A stretch of DNA of 64,000 nt, taken from the sequence record NC_071039.1. One strand, written 5' to 3'. Position numbers and translations under genes: made by a program. The notes beneath the pieces were generated by a model. The model saw only the letters and a program-made list of their open reading frames with translations, searched no databases and was not told the DNA's origin. Shown here one piece after another: positions 48,979-58,187 of the stretch; within the stretch, counting starts at the first letter, position 1, and every line of letters begins with the position of its first letter.

Positions 48979-49527
48979 ATGAATGATTCCATAAAGAAAT
49001 ACATATCTATTGCAGAAGCTGCATCGTCCGTAAAGAAAATTCCTATCCCGTATTCCGTAAGTAGTCTTAGTCCTACTTTCTCTAAAGATTTAGTAGAACT
49101 ACATTATGGAACATTATATTCTAATTACATATCTTCAGTAAACAAAGACCCCAGTAATAAATTTTCATTTGCAGGTGCATACTTGCATGGGATTTATTTT
49201 AGTCAATTTACTGATTCTCAAAAAAGATATTCTCCTTCCGGGATATTATTAAAAGATATAAAATCTAAATTTACTTCATTTTCTAAATTTAAAAATGAGG
49301 TTATATCTGCATGCATGGATGTTCATGGTTCTGGATGGATTTATGTTTCTAATACCCTTGTAATAAAGGAAATCCCAAATCATGAAGTAAGAGACGATAT
49401 ATTCTTACTTATTGATTGTTGGGAGCATGCATATATGCTCGATTATAAAGCAGACAAGAAGTCATACTACGAGAATATATGGAATATATTTAATTGGGAA
49501 TATCTGGAGGGTATGTATTCTCAATAA
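48979..49527 (+). CDS. sod: Fe/Mn superoxide dismutase-like protein
   Basis: ELHY, LH..YF, GSGW, DCWEHAY..DY; ATAAATA 48949-48955. Confidence 0.85.
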   Translation: MNDSIKKYISIAEAASSVKKIPIPYSVSSLSPTFSKDLVELHYGTLYSNYISSVNKDPSNKFSFAGAYLHGIYFSQFTDSQKRYSPSGILLKDIKSKFTSFSKFKNEVISACMDVHGSGWIYVSNTLVIKEIPNHEVRDDIFLLIDCWEHAYMLDYKADKKSYYENIWNIFNWEYLEGMYSQ

Positions 49528-49546
49528 ATAACTTCGGTGAATACTT

Positions 49547-49831
49547 ATGAGAACTAAAAAGCATTGGGATGAATGCCTCTTTTCTTTATCTTATGAAACT
49601 GCACAACACATGGCATTTGAATTAAAGGAATTTGCCAAGCAAGCAGGATTTAATCCAAACGGTATTAAAGTATTGTCGAAAAAACAAATTCATAAATATG
49701 TAAAAGCTGATGCAGCTATTATGTGGGGCGAAGGTCCAGAGTGTTGGGCTAATTCGTTATTGTTTAAAGATTTATTAGGAGTATACGTATCTACCTATAA
49801 GGGTAACACAATTCTATTTCATGACAGGTAA
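49547..49831 (+). CDS. Hypothetical protein
   Basis: 94 aa. Confidence 0.5.
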   Translation: MRTKKHWDECLFSLSYETAQHMAFELKEFAKQAGFNPNGIKVLSKKQIHKYVKADAAIMWGEGPECWANSLLFKDLLGVYVSTYKGNTILFHDR

Positions 49832-49840
49832 TGCAAATAA

Positions 49841-50134
49841 ATGATAGATATACACACTATTGGAAAAGATTACACAGTAATCAATAAAAGAAATGGTGTA
49901 TCTGTAACAGTTAGTGTGGTATTTTATAAAGATATTTTACGCAATATAAAACCATATTCTATAACTCAACCTATAGACCAATATGTAATTTATGTTTGTG
50001 AACAAATTAAACCAACTAAACCATATCACTGGCATACTAATTATTCGGAAACTATTAACTTAGAACATTTAATAAAAGAAACATTACAAAATAATAAACA
50101 ATTATTAATAATACAAGATTTATATACAGACTGA
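49841..50134 (+). CDS. Hypothetical protein
   Basis: 97 aa. Confidence 0.5.
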   Translation: MIDIHTIGKDYTVINKRNGVSVTVSVVFYKDILRNIKPYSITQPIDQYVIYVCEQIKPTKPYHWHTNYSETINLEHLIKETLQNNKQLLIIQDLYTD

Positions 50135-50201
50135 TATGGATAGCTTTTGCAACAAGAAGCTTGAAGATCGACACAAACGCATGACGTAATAAGGATTATA
50201 A

Positions 50202-50429
50202 ATGAAAACATTTGATTTTACTTTTGGAGTATATAGAGCTAAACAGTGTGAATGGAAAGGAAATTCTAAAACACAATGCGGAGCAAAACCTATAGAAGGA
50301 AAAGCATATTGTTTAGAACACTTTAAAAAGGCATATGTTAATATTTCTGAAGAAATGTTAGATAAACAAACAGAAGCACAGTTAAAGAAATTAGAAAAAG
50401 AAATGCCTGTGGTAATCGAAGAAGAGTAA
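50202..50429 (+). CDS. GcrA C-terminal-domain-like protein
   Basis: CEW......CGA......YCLEH...AY. Confidence 0.55.
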   Translation: MKTFDFTFGVYRAKQCEWKGNSKTQCGAKPIEGKAYCLEHFKKAYVNISEEMLDKQTEAQLKKLEKEMPVVIEEE

Positions 50430-50460
50430 AAACAATCCCCGCAATTGCGGGGATTGTTTT
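50429..50460. terminator. 32-bp perfect palindrome / bidirectional terminator
   Basis: AAAACAATCCCCGCAA|TTGCGGGGATTGTTTT. Confidence 0.8.
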
Positions 50461-50474
50461 ATAAGGAGATAAAA

Positions 50475-51119
50475 TTGGAACTTAAAACAGATGAACAGAA
50501 ATCTATAATAGGAACATTTGCAACTTTAATGTTAACTAGAATATTTGCAGCCGCCGGTGCATATTTAGCATTAACTATGCCAATTCTTAATATGAATTTA
50601 CTTGTGTGTATATTTTCATATTTTGCTATAATGTTTATTATAGATTGTATTAGAACAAATGTGTATGTGTCTATCGTAGGGAGTGTATTTTTATTATTTT
50701 GGCAAGGAATAACATTAGGGAATGGATTAACTGCGTTACTGGGTGAAGTAGCGCCATTATTAGTTTTAGTTATGTTTACTATAAGTTCGTTTTTATATAT
50801 GTTTCTTTGTGCAAACGCAATTATGTCAAAAAACATTTTTAGTTTCGCGTCGTCATTTAATGTTTCTATAGCAATGACTTTGCTTGTGACCATAGTAATG
50901 TCTATACTATTAGATCTATCAGTCAGTTATTGTATAGGCAGTATGATAATAAACGTGATTAATTGCGTGGTAATACTCAAAACATTAGAAGATTGTATAA
51001 ACGAAAAATGTGAAAATATATCTATGCAAAAACTATCTACAACTGTAGTATTATTTTGGTACGATACAATAATGGAGTCTATAGAGAAACTTTTAAAACT
51101 ATTTACATATAAGCGGTAA
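50475..51119 (+). CDS. Multi-pass membrane protein, Bax-inhibitor-1/YccA-like
   Basis: TTG after AAGGAG; ~7 hydrophobic segments; GITLG and LFWYDTI...LL.LF patterns. Confidence 0.55.
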   Translation: MELKTDEQKSIIGTFATLMLTRIFAAAGAYLALTMPILNMNLLVCIFSYFAIMFIIDCIRTNVYVSIVGSVFLLFWQGITLGNGLTALLGEVAPLLVLVMFTISSFLYMFLCANAIMSKNIFSFASSFNVSIAMTLLVTIVMSILLDLSVSYCIGSMIINVINCVVILKTLEDCINEKCENISMQKLSTTVVLFWYDTIMESIEKLLKLFTYKR

Positions 51120-51159
51120 ACAGTTATATTACACACATAACCCCTTATAGGATCAAATA

Positions 51160-52890
51160 ATGCAACATATTGTTAAGTTCATAAAAAATAACAGATTTAT
51201 TATTTTATTTCTTGTAATATGCATAACTGGATTTGCGTTAACGATTAATTACAAGCCGACTAGTGTGTCTATAAACACCTTTTTATCAGACGCATCGAGC
51301 GGTAAAATAATTAGTGTTAAATTAAAAGAAGATGGACAAACACTACAGTATGTTACTAACACATCAGACAGAAGAAAAGTAACATTCCCCGGAGATACTA
51401 GTAAATTAATAGAATCATTTCTTAAAGCAGGTGTTCCTGTAGTAACTGAAGAACCTTCTACCCCTAGTCCATTCCTTACTAGTTTGGTGTCTGGACTTAT
51501 AGTAATGTTAGTATTTTTAATTTTAATGGTATTCGTTTTGAAGCGAATGGGTCCTGGCTCTTCATTAGATGCAAAAAGTAAATCTAAACTTCGCAAGATA
51601 GAACCAAAAGACATTGAAGTAACGTTTAACGATGTAGCTGGTCATACTCACGAAATAAATGAAGTAAAAGAGTTAGTTGATTTTATTGCTCATCGATCTA
51701 AGTATTCTAGCATGGGAATAGATGTGCCTCGTGGAATTCTAATGCACGGCAGCCCTGGCGTCGGGAAAACACTCTTAGCAAAGGCAATGGCAAAAGAGGC
51801 AAATGTTAATTTTTTCTATGTTGCTGGATCTGAGTTTAATGATACATTTGTCGGTGTAGGTGCAAACCGTGTAACAGATATGTTTAAAAAAGCAAAGGAA
51901 GCTGCGCCGTGCATTATTTTCATAGACGAAATTGATGCACTTGCACAACAACGTTCTACTAAAATATCTAATGGGTCAGACCAAACACTCAATCAGTTAT
52001 TAGTAGAAATGGATGGAATGCAAGATAACGATGGTATTACAATTCTTGCAGCTACTAATAGACTAGATATATTAGACCCGGCTGTTATTCGTCCTAAACG
52101 ATTTGACAGAATTGTTCAACTAAGCTTACCTGATGTGGGGATTAGGCAGAAGATTTTAGAAATAAATGCAAATGGAAAAACATTTGAAGACAATGTAGAT
52201 TTTTCAGTAATAGCAAAAGGAACTCCTGGATTCTCTGGTGCTGAGTTAGCTAAACTAGTCAATGAGGCTGCAATCTATGCAGTAAGGTCTGGACAAACTG
52301 TAATTACCCAGGAGCATGTAGAACGAGCAAAAGATAAGGTGTTAATGGGTGAAAATTCGACAAAGAAATATACCCAAGAAGAATTGCTTCGTACTGCATA
52401 CCATGAAGCTGGTCATGCAATATCGGGTGTAATTTACAAATCCAATGATAACTTGCATAAAGTATCTATCATTCCTCGAGGTCTAGCACTAGGTGTAACT
52501 GTATTTCTTCCTAACGAAGAGCCTTCTGTTAGCAAAGAGCAACTCATGAATAAATTAGTTACTTTAATGGCAGGCCGTGCAGCAGAAGAACTCATATACG
52601 GTGAGTCTGCAATATCCACCGGCGCGAGTTCAGATATAAAGAGAGCAACCGAACTTGCAGTATACATGACTACATCGTGTGGTTTCGGTAGTATAGGTCC
52701 GGTTGCGACATCAACCCTGTCTAGTTTGCAATCTAGTGCAGAACAAGACGCAGCAATTCTAGTAAAAGATGCGTACAATAAGGCCATAACATTACTTTCG
52801 GATAAAAAGGCTGAATTAAAACTTGTAGCAGACTTGTTAATGGAAAAAGAAACAATAGATTGTGCAGAAGTAGAACAAGTTCTTGCATAA
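51160..52890 (+). CDS. ftsH: FtsH AAA+ Zn metalloprotease
   Basis: Two TMs, GSPGVGKT, FVGVGA, DEID, SRH ATNR...RPKRFDR, HEAGH. Confidence 0.93.
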   Translation: MQHIVKFIKNNRFIILFLVICITGFALTINYKPTSVSINTFLSDASSGKIISVKLKEDGQTLQYVTNTSDRRKVTFPGDTSKLIESFLKAGVPVVTEEPSTPSPFLTSLVSGLIVMLVFLILMVFVLKRMGPGSSLDAKSKSKLRKIEPKDIEVTFNDVAGHTHEINEVKELVDFIAHRSKYSSMGIDVPRGILMHGSPGVGKTLLAKAMAKEANVNFFYVAGSEFNDTFVGVGANRVTDMFKKAKEAAPCIIFIDEIDALAQQRSTKISNGSDQTLNQLLVEMDGMQDNDGITILAATNRLDILDPAVIRPKRFDRIVQLSLPDVGIRQKILEINANGKTFEDNVDFSVIAKGTPGFSGAELAKLVNEAAIYAVRSGQTVITQEHVERAKDKVLMGENSTKKYTQEELLRTAYHEAGHAISGVIYKSNDNLHKVSIIPRGLALGVTVFLPNEEPSVSKEQLMNKLVTLMAGRAAEELIYGESAISTGASSDIKRATELAVYMTTSCGFGSIGPVATSTLSSLQSSAEQDAAILVKDAYNKAITLLSDKKAELKLVADLLMEKETIDCAEVEQVLA

Positions 52891-52917
52891 TATTAAGTAA
52901 TTAAATAAGGCACTATT

Positions 52918-54288
52918 ATGATTCGTACAATTTTAGACGAAATCGGAAATACTACTAAACGAACTACTAAATTAGCTATTCTAGAAAGAAACAAGGATAA
53001 TGACATATTAAAAAAAGTAATACATTTGGCATTAAATCCATTTATTAACTTTTATATAAAGAAAATACCAGAATTCACGCGAACAGATACTATTCTTACC
53101 TTAGAACAAGCACTAACCGAATTATCTGTTCTATCTGATAGAATAAAAACAGGTAATGCTGCAATATTGCATCTAACATATATTCTTTCTAGTTTAACAG
53201 ATGACGATGCAAATGTAATTATTCGGATTATTAGAAAGGATTTACGCGCAGGGATACAAGATGCTACAGTTAATAAAATATGGAAGGATCTAGTACCTAA
53301 ATATCCGTGCTTGCTAGCAGAACCTGCAACAGAAAATCTTCTTAGTAAATGCAAGTTACCATATTATTCTCAGATAAAATCAGACGGAACTAGAATTAAT
53401 ATTCATGTTAGTAAATCCGGAATTGTTTCATTTTATGGAAGATCGGGTAAATCATACGATTTTAAAGATATTTTAGATGACGCATTTGTTTCGCTAATTA
53501 AATATTTTGACGAAGATATGGTTTTTGATGGCGAATTAATAGTTGTAGATTCTAATAATAATATACTCCCTAGACGGACAGGAAACGGTATCATAAGTAA
53601 AGCACAAAGTGATACCATTACAGATAATGAAATAAAGAATGTAAGAGCAATTCTTTGGGATTGTATTCCTCTTAGATGTTTTAATGAACATAAATGCACT
53701 ACACCCTATTCTAGTAGATTCGAAAGTTTATCGAATGCAATACATAAATTGCAAGTAGATGATGATTATATAGAAAGTAAAATATATAATACTATTTTAG
53801 GAAATATAGGGCAAATTAGGTTAGCAGAAACTCGTCTCCTTTATAGCAAAGAGGAAGTAAAAATCTTCTTCGACGAAGCAATATCTAGAAACGAAGAAGG
53901 CATAATGGTAAAATGTCCTGATAGTATATGGGAAAATAAACGAAGTAAGTTAGTATTAAAATATAAATCAGAAAAAGTATGCGAATTAATTGTAACTGGG
54001 TTTAATTACGGAACAGTAGGTACTAAAACAGAACATAAAGTTGGATCATTAATATGTGAAAGTTCAGACGGTAAGGTAATAGTCAACATATCCGGTTTAA
54101 CTGACAGCGAACGCGATGATGCAACAGCAAATTTTGAAAATAAATGGAAACATAGCATAGTGAGTGTTATGTATAATGAAAGAATTAAAAGCGTAGACCG
54201 AATGGATGTTGATTCGCTTTTTCTTCCTAGATTTTTAGAAATAAGAACAGATAAATTTGAAGCAGATTCTAGCAAAGATATAAAATAA
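52918..54288 (+). CDS. ATP-dependent DNA ligase (T4 gp30-like)
   Basis: IKSDGTR, FDGEL, EGIMVK, KYK, LFLPRF. Confidence 0.9.
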   Translation: MIRTILDEIGNTTKRTTKLAILERNKDNDILKKVIHLALNPFINFYIKKIPEFTRTDTILTLEQALTELSVLSDRIKTGNAAILHLTYILSSLTDDDANVIIRIIRKDLRAGIQDATVNKIWKDLVPKYPCLLAEPATENLLSKCKLPYYSQIKSDGTRINIHVSKSGIVSFYGRSGKSYDFKDILDDAFVSLIKYFDEDMVFDGELIVVDSNNNILPRRTGNGIISKAQSDTITDNEIKNVRAILWDCIPLRCFNEHKCTTPYSSRFESLSNAIHKLQVDDDYIESKIYNTILGNIGQIRLAETRLLYSKEEVKIFFDEAISRNEEGIMVKCPDSIWENKRSKLVLKYKSEKVCELIVTGFNYGTVGTKTEHKVGSLICESSDGKVIVNISGLTDSERDDATANFENKWKHSIVSVMYNERIKSVDRMDVDSLFLPRFLEIRTDKFEADSSKDIK

Positions 54289-54297
54289 GGATATTTT

Positions 54298-54459
54298 ATG
54301 ATAAACGTAGGCGACGATGTTATTATTAAAACCGAATTTGGCGAGACAAGCGGCATTGTTATAAAATTTATATCTAATAAAACTATTGCTATAGTAGAAT
54401 TAGAAGACGGTAACGAAATAGAAATAGGCAAAGGCGACTTAGAGTTGAGTAATAAATAA
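54298..54459 (+). CDS. Small SH3/KOW-like protein (not in ORF track)
   Basis: MINVGDDVIIKTEFGETSGIVIK..., 53 aa, SD AAGGA. Confidence 0.55.
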   Translation: MINVGDDVIIKTEFGETSGIVIKFISNKTIAIVELEDGNEIEIGKGDLELSNK

Positions 54460-54478
54460 TAAAAAAGGATATACTATT

Positions 54479-54988
54479 ATGACATTACCTTCTTCGGGTT
54501 CTCTTTCTACACAGCAAATTAACGTTGAATTAGGAAATCCACAAGATGCTCGGTTAGATGTAAACGCTGCCGAAATGAGGATATTATGTGGTGCAGCAAC
54601 TACAGGGCAAGTAAGTATTGCTGGCGCATATGGTAGAATGCCAACAGGACAATATATATTAACTTCTGCTCAGTTGCAAGCTGCACCGAATGCCCAATAT
54701 GGATATAGAGTGTTTGCAACAGGTTCTAAAATAAACAATATTGTTTTTAAAGGATACAATTTAACTATAGTTGCATGGAATGATTACGATAAAGTGCTAG
54801 GAATAGGTGTCGATCAAACCAATGCACCAACCAACTTAGTAACTAATTTCTGGAGTTCTGTAACCGGTTATTTAGGTGCGCCAACACAATATACTTCAGA
54901 TTTAGGGGGTAATACAGTATACGGATGGACCTGGAATGGCACAAATCCATTCCCTGTATCTTCGGTTCAAATGGTGCAAATTGTGTAA
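54479..54988 (+). CDS. Short tail-fibre/adhesin-like protein
   Basis: MTLPSSG.LS..QIN.ELG...G.VS....YG N-terminus; ATAAATA 54452-54458. Confidence 0.55.
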   Translation: MTLPSSGSLSTQQINVELGNPQDARLDVNAAEMRILCGAATTGQVSIAGAYGRMPTGQYILTSAQLQAAPNAQYGYRVFATGSKINNIVFKGYNLTIVAWNDYDKVLGIGVDQTNAPTNLVTNFWSSVTGYLGAPTQYTSDLGGNTVYGWTWNGTNPFPVSSVQMVQIV

Positions 54989-55017
54989 AATAAAAGGGCG
55001 CTGAGCCCTTTTATTTT
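54987..55017 (+). terminator. Terminator
   Basis: AAAATAAAAGGGC-gctga-GCCCTTTTATTTT. Confidence 0.8.
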
Positions 55018-55084
55018 ATCATAATTGTGTATATAATTTATATATTTGGTGTTATAATGTATACAATAACAAGAGAATAATATA

Positions 55085-55858
55085 ATGACACCACGTTTAA
55101 AGGAATTACTAGAATCACTTATAATTTTAGATACAGAAACTACACATTTAGATACTCGTGTGGCAGAAATAATAGAATTAGGTATAGCGTCTTATACTAA
55201 CAAATGGACTTATAGTAGTGAATTATTTAAACCCAGAGTTAATCATGCGCAAATAACTCCTAAAATAAGTTCTATAACTGGCATAACAGACCGTATGGTA
55301 GAAGGAAAACCTACTTTTGCCGATGTAGTCGACCAATACAAATCTATTACAAACTGCCAACTAATAGTTGCACACAATGCTCCGTATGATAAAAAGGTAC
55401 TAGAGAGATATAACATAGCATCTAGCACTAATTGGTTGTGTACTTTAAAACTTGCACGATATGCATATCAAACTGATCCTACTTTTGAAGAATTTAAATT
55501 ATCTTATCTAAGATATAAATTAATGTTAGATATTCCTGACGATTTCGTAGCGCATAGAGCAGGAGAAGATGCATATATGTGCGGTGTATTATTAGAACGA
55601 ATAGTAACTGATTTAGAGTCTAAGAATAAATTAGATAGTGATATACCGTATGCAGATCAACTTATAGAAATATCTAATAAGCCGTTAATGCTTTCGTCTA
55701 TGCCATTTGGCAAACATAAAGATAAACCCTTAGATGAAGTTCCGATGGACTATTGGATTTGGGCATTAAATAATTTAGATGCATTAGACGAAACAAAACC
55801 CGAATATAATAGAGACTTAGCGTATACATTAGAACAATATTTGAGCGACAAGATATAA
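55085..55858 (+). CDS. DEDDh 3'-5' exonuclease (ExoX/DnaQ-like)
   Basis: LDTETT, AHNAPYD, HRA.ED, C-terminal MPFGKHK. Confidence 0.88.
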   Translation: MTPRLKELLESLIILDTETTHLDTRVAEIIELGIASYTNKWTYSSELFKPRVNHAQITPKISSITGITDRMVEGKPTFADVVDQYKSITNCQLIVAHNAPYDKKVLERYNIASSTNWLCTLKLARYAYQTDPTFEEFKLSYLRYKLMLDIPDDFVAHRAGEDAYMCGVLLERIVTDLESKNKLDSDIPYADQLIEISNKPLMLSSMPFGKHKDKPLDEVPMDYWIWALNNLDALDETKPEYNRDLAYTLEQYLSDKI

Positions 55859-55884
55859 AAATGCCCCGTACGGGGCATTTTTAT
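55855..55884. terminator. Bidirectional terminator between convergent genes
   Basis: ATAAAAATGCCCCGT|ACGGGGCATTTTTAT. Confidence 0.85.
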
Positions 55885-56252
55885 CTATCCATAATATTTC
55901 CGGGACCATATGGAATATCGTTGTATTGTTTATAACTAGGATCTATTTTTTGGTAAGGCTCAAACGGTAATCCTGCACGTTCTTTTGCCATTTGTAAACC
56001 TCTAAAACCAGGAGATTGTGTATCGTCGTTTTTTGGATGATTATTAAATGGTTTGTTGGCAGGATTTTTCGGAATAGTTTTAAATACAGGAGTCGGTCCG
56101 TCACCTGTCATACCCAAAACAGCATATCTCTTAATCTGTTTTTGATTATTAGTATATAATTCTGGATTGTAAAATGCATCAATGTTAGTGTTTGCAGCAC
56201 CGTACAATTCTATATGTGTTTTATTTTCTAGTATTATTTCTTTTATTTTCAT
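55881..56252 (-). CDS. Late hypothetical protein with MKIKEIILE leader
   Basis: Minus-strand ATAAATA at 56258-56264 immediately upstream. Confidence 0.6.
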   Translation of the reverse strand: MKIKEIILENKTHIELYGAANTNIDAFYNPELYTNNQKQIKRYAVLGMTGDGPTPVFKTIPKNPANKPFNNHPKNDDTQSPGFRGLQMAKERAGLPFEPYQKIDPSYKQYNDIPYGPGNIMDR

Positions 56253-56348
56253 AACAATATTTATCATACTAAACTTTAATTATAACTAGACGATGTATAA
56301 TAACATTGCTATTATATACACAACGTAAACAAACACAGGACTTATTAT

Positions 56349-57020
56349 ATGAGCTACAATTATACAGCACAAGGACAATATCCTACCGAAGCTGGGTTGA
56401 TCCCCATGGTTGTCGAAAATAACGGCAACGGCGAACGTAGTTGGGATATTTATTCCCGTCTTCTAAAAGAGCGCATTGTTTTTCTTAATGGTCCAGTTCG
56501 CGACGAAATGGCATCCGTAATTGTTGCCCAGCTTCTTTTCCTCGAATCGGAATCGGCAGAACAGCCCGTTTCGATGTATATTAACTCTCCGGGCGGCAGC
56601 GTTACTGCCGGTTTGTCTATTTATAACACGATGGAATATATTTCGTGTCCCGTTAATACCATCGTGTTAGGCCAAGCATGCAGTATGGGGTCTTTCCTAG
56701 CACAAGCAGGTACTCCGGGGCATCGTTATGTGTCTAGCGAATCCCGCACTATGATTCATCGAGCCAGCGGCGGCTTCGGGGGATTCGGCGGCACAACTCA
56801 ACAAGTTGAGTTAGGAATCGAAGATGCTGTCCGCCATGCAGCAGAACTATCTAAAATTAACAAGCGTCTCACTGAGCTGTATGTCCATCATAACACTGCC
56901 GGCAAGACGTTCGACGAATTTATCGAAATTATGAAATTCGACACATTCCTCTCTGCTCAAGAAGCAGTTGAGTTCGGGTTGGCAGACAAAGTATTCCGCA
57001 CTAAAGCTGACCTGAAGTAA
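56349..57020 (+). CDS. clpP: ClpP protease
   Basis: [27 protein letters not shown] (Ser), MIH (His), DTFLSA.EA..FGL.D (Asp). Confidence 0.95.
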   Translation: MSYNYTAQGQYPTEAGLIPMVVENNGNGERSWDIYSRLLKERIVFLNGPVRDEMASVIVAQLLFLESESAEQPVSMYINSPGGSVTAGLSIYNTMEYISCPVNTIVLGQACSMGSFLAQAGTPGHRYVSSESRTMIHRASGGFGGFGGTTQQVELGIEDAVRHAAELSKINKRLTELYVHHNTAGKTFDEFIEIMKFDTFLSAQEAVEFGLADKVFRTKADLK

Positions 57021-57046
57021 CTATTCACTGTAGCTGGTGATAATTT

Positions 57047-57071
57047 AAGGGGACTTCGGTCCCCTTTTTTT
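57047..57071 (+). terminator. UUCG-loop terminator
   Basis: AAGGGGAC-TTCG-GTCCCCTT-TTTTT. Confidence 0.9.
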
Positions 57072-57143
57072 GTGTGAGCATTATTTGTTTAAGGTAATTT
57101 AAATAACACTATATAAATGTCGTGTGTAGTGTTTTAAATGCAT

Positions 57144-57172
57144 TAAAAACCCCGCATAATGCGGGGTTTTTA
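57144..57172. terminator. Bidirectional terminator
   Basis: TAAAAACCCCGCAT-a-ATGCGGGGTTTTTA. Confidence 0.85.
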
Positions 57173-57229
57173 GTAATTGTGTTACAGCGCAAACACATAA
57201 ACATTATACGCTAAATTGTGTTAAAAATG

Positions 57230-57460
57230 CTACTCGTTTATGTAATATTTAATGCGTTGAAATACCAACTCATCATATTCTTTAAATCTTACACGGGTTC
57301 CTAGCCTAACACATTTGTTTATTCCGAGCTCTGCTACTACATCTATAGCATCTTTTATATTTTTAAACTGTAATTGGTTGTTTTCCCAAGAATTCCAGTT
57401 TGTAATATATGTTTTTGCATGCATATAAGATTCGCCGTATGTTTTTTGCTCTTCAGACAT
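57230..57460 (-). CDS. Hypothetical protein
   Basis: 76 aa, SD AGGA, divergent from 57548. Confidence 0.55.
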   Translation of the reverse strand: MSEEQKTYGESYMHAKTYITNWNSWENNQLQFKNIKDAIDVVAELGINKCVRLGTRVRFKEYDELVFQRIKYYINE

Positions 57461-57547
57461 TGTATTTTCCTATATATTAAACGAAAACAACTTGCTTTTG
57501 TATAAAATTATGTTATAATTCTAGCATAATAAAAAGGAGTAAGTCAA

Positions 57548-57805
57548 ATGGATTTTAGTAATCTTCCTAAGAAACAATACACCACTACAGGAAACTATGT
57601 ACAGGCTACTACTATTTTTAAAAATAAAAATACAGAATGGACTTTTGTAGATCTAGAACTAGATTTATCTGATATTGTAAATAAATCTTTGGTAATTTGG
57701 TGTGATGAAAACGTAGAATCTAAATGGACCATGCTCGGCGGATCTAAATTTGGGTTCGAAGATGGCTCGGAAGCGCTAATGTTCAAATTACAGTTTGGAC
57801 TTTAA
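57548..57805 (+). CDS. Small protein, WC.EN family
   Basis: WCDENV..KW...FGFEDGSEALMFKL; SD AAGGAG. Confidence 0.6.
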   Translation: MDFSNLPKKQYTTTGNYVQATTIFKNKNTEWTFVDLELDLSDIVNKSLVIWCDENVESKWTMLGGSKFGFEDGSEALMFKLQFGL

Positions 57806-57820
57806 TAGGAGCTAATAACA

Positions 57821-58021
57821 ATGATGAGCCTAGATGATAAATTGCAAATTATAAATTCTTCTAGTTTAGAAGATTTGTATATTTTCCAAGAAACTTACAG
57901 TAAGCTATTAGAAGATAATAGGTATTGTTATGATAAAGATGTTGAAATACTTTGTTCAACAACTAATGAGCGTATTAGGCAAATCTCACGAGAATTCATC
58001 AACAATACGCATAGATCCTAA
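57821..58021 (+). CDS. Hypothetical protein
   Basis: 66 aa, SD AGGAG. Confidence 0.5.
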   Translation: MMSLDDKLQIINSSSLEDLYIFQETYSKLLEDNRYCYDKDVEILCSTTNERIRQISREFINNTHRS

Positions 58022-58187
58022 TCCCCACACTGCAGAAACATTACACAAACTTATACTCTGGTGTAATGAAAATTGTAGATATAAATGGGAACTAGATGTA
58101 GAACATAATTCAGGTAAAATTACTAGATATATATTTACTTTTAGAAATAAAGAAGAAGCAGTAACATTTGGATTAATACATAAATGA
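57966..58187 (+). CDS. Small protein, WC.EN family
   Basis: WCNENC..KW...FTFRNKEEAVTFGL. Confidence 0.55.
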   Translation: MSVLGKSHENSSTIRIDPNPHTAETLHKLILWCNENCRYKWELDVEHNSGKITRYIFTFRNKEEAVTFGLIHK

